Source of the DNA: Octopus bimaculoides
Lineage: Eukaryota
Assembly (NCBI RefSeq): GCF_001194135.2
Contig: NC_069004.1
Location: 1,222,651-1,271,801 of the forward strand
Direction of reading: 5' to 3'
Length of the DNA: 49,151 nt
Made by a program: the position numbers and the translations under genes. The notes below the pieces were generated by a model that was not told the origin of the DNA, made no database searches, and worked only from the letters and a program-made list of their open reading frames with translations. Of this stretch, positions 48,161-49,151 are shown piece after piece. The first letter of the stretch is position 1; every line of letters begins with the position of its first letter.

Positions 48161-49151
48161 TGATGATAATAATAATAATTTGAGGCGCGATTTGCACTGG
48201 TCTTCACCTACTTACCTACGAAGAACATCGTCTGCATGGAAAAAGATCTGCTACGATATTTTTTCACAGGCTCACAAAACCCGAGTGTAGCGATGTTTGC
48301 TCAATAGACTAGAAAATAGCAAAATATTTAGAAATGAATATTGATAAAAAGAAGAAAAATTGTTGATGTCCCTCCTGAATCCTACAAATTCAGTTTTTAC
48401 CAGCGTGGGAAAATGGCGGTGAGTCTGCCGAGAAATATTAATCACTCTTTGTGTCTTCATTCTGAGACGTATTTCATGAAAAATTAACCAATTGGTCAAT
48501 ATTTTTCTATGGAAAAAATAAAAGGATTATGAAAGATACATATTCGAAGCCAGTTGTTTTGTTTTTGCAATACTATTTAACGTGATTTTACAAATGCGAT
48601 ACAATTTCACAAAGATATTTATTGATGACACGAAAAAAAAAAGTAGAAAAAAAAATTCAAATAGAGTCACCTCCCTTGAATAGACCAAATTTTTTTTACC
48701 ATAGTTGTCTCCCTTGGAAAACTGCAGCATAGAATGCCCATGCATAGTCACTGTCACACGCACAAGAATCCATGAGTTTCCTAGTAACGTGCGACAGCGA
48801 CGAACATACGACATCGAGTGTTTTGTTCTACATCTAACATGTGGCATTCTAGTTAAACATTTAAGTCTTTATTGCCTACAACAATCAAAACAATATTAAA
48901 CAGGCAATAAACAGTACATTTTTCATTTGGAAGACGACACATTCAACTGTCGGCCCTATACAAACATATCACGGATTTGCCGACGAGACCGATAAATGCT
49001 GACTGTATCAAGTCAAGCGAGCTAGAAAGAGATTCTAGATATACAGAATATTCTAGAATTATCGATTGTACAGAAAAAAATAACTATATATGCAGTCTTA
49101 AGCACAGAATATTGTTTATATTTCATTATCGTTACGCATACTTCCATATGT

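Overview
AT-rich, microsatellite-dense, intron-containing eukaryotic DNA with six assembly gaps. The SINE, RTE-tail and MITE families look like those of octopus (coleoid cephalopod); this is recognition, not a database match. Two spliced genes lie head-to-head. On the minus strand is a RASSF7/8-type N-terminal RASSF gene: 3 coding exons (10644-9252, 6683-6183, 3333-3185), about 680 aa, with an RA domain, a long Q/H/N/S-rich insert, coiled coils and a C-terminal EGVWV. On the plus strand is an RNF141 orthologue: 5 coding exons (32729-36780), 233 aa, with an MGxxxS N-terminus and a C3HC4 RING. All splice phases were checked by hand and join in frame. The rest is tRNA-derived SINEs, decayed RTE/CR1/L2 LINE fragments, mariner/pogo/hAT/piggyBac-type MITEs, mini- and microsatellites. 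The most notable signals are a 243-bp near-perfect palindrome carrying two Penelope-type hammerhead-like cores, a 46-bp-stem pre-miRNA-like hairpin downstream of RNF141, a candidate 9-nt frame-preserving RASSF8 microexon, uORF-rich RASSF8 5' UTR candidates, two candidate promoters between the genes, and a very young RTE-tail insertion forming a fold-back beside the first RNF141 coding exon. No prokaryotic systems, CRISPR arrays, rRNA or true tRNA genes were seen. Repeat boundaries are approximate and no novelty claim has been checked against a database.
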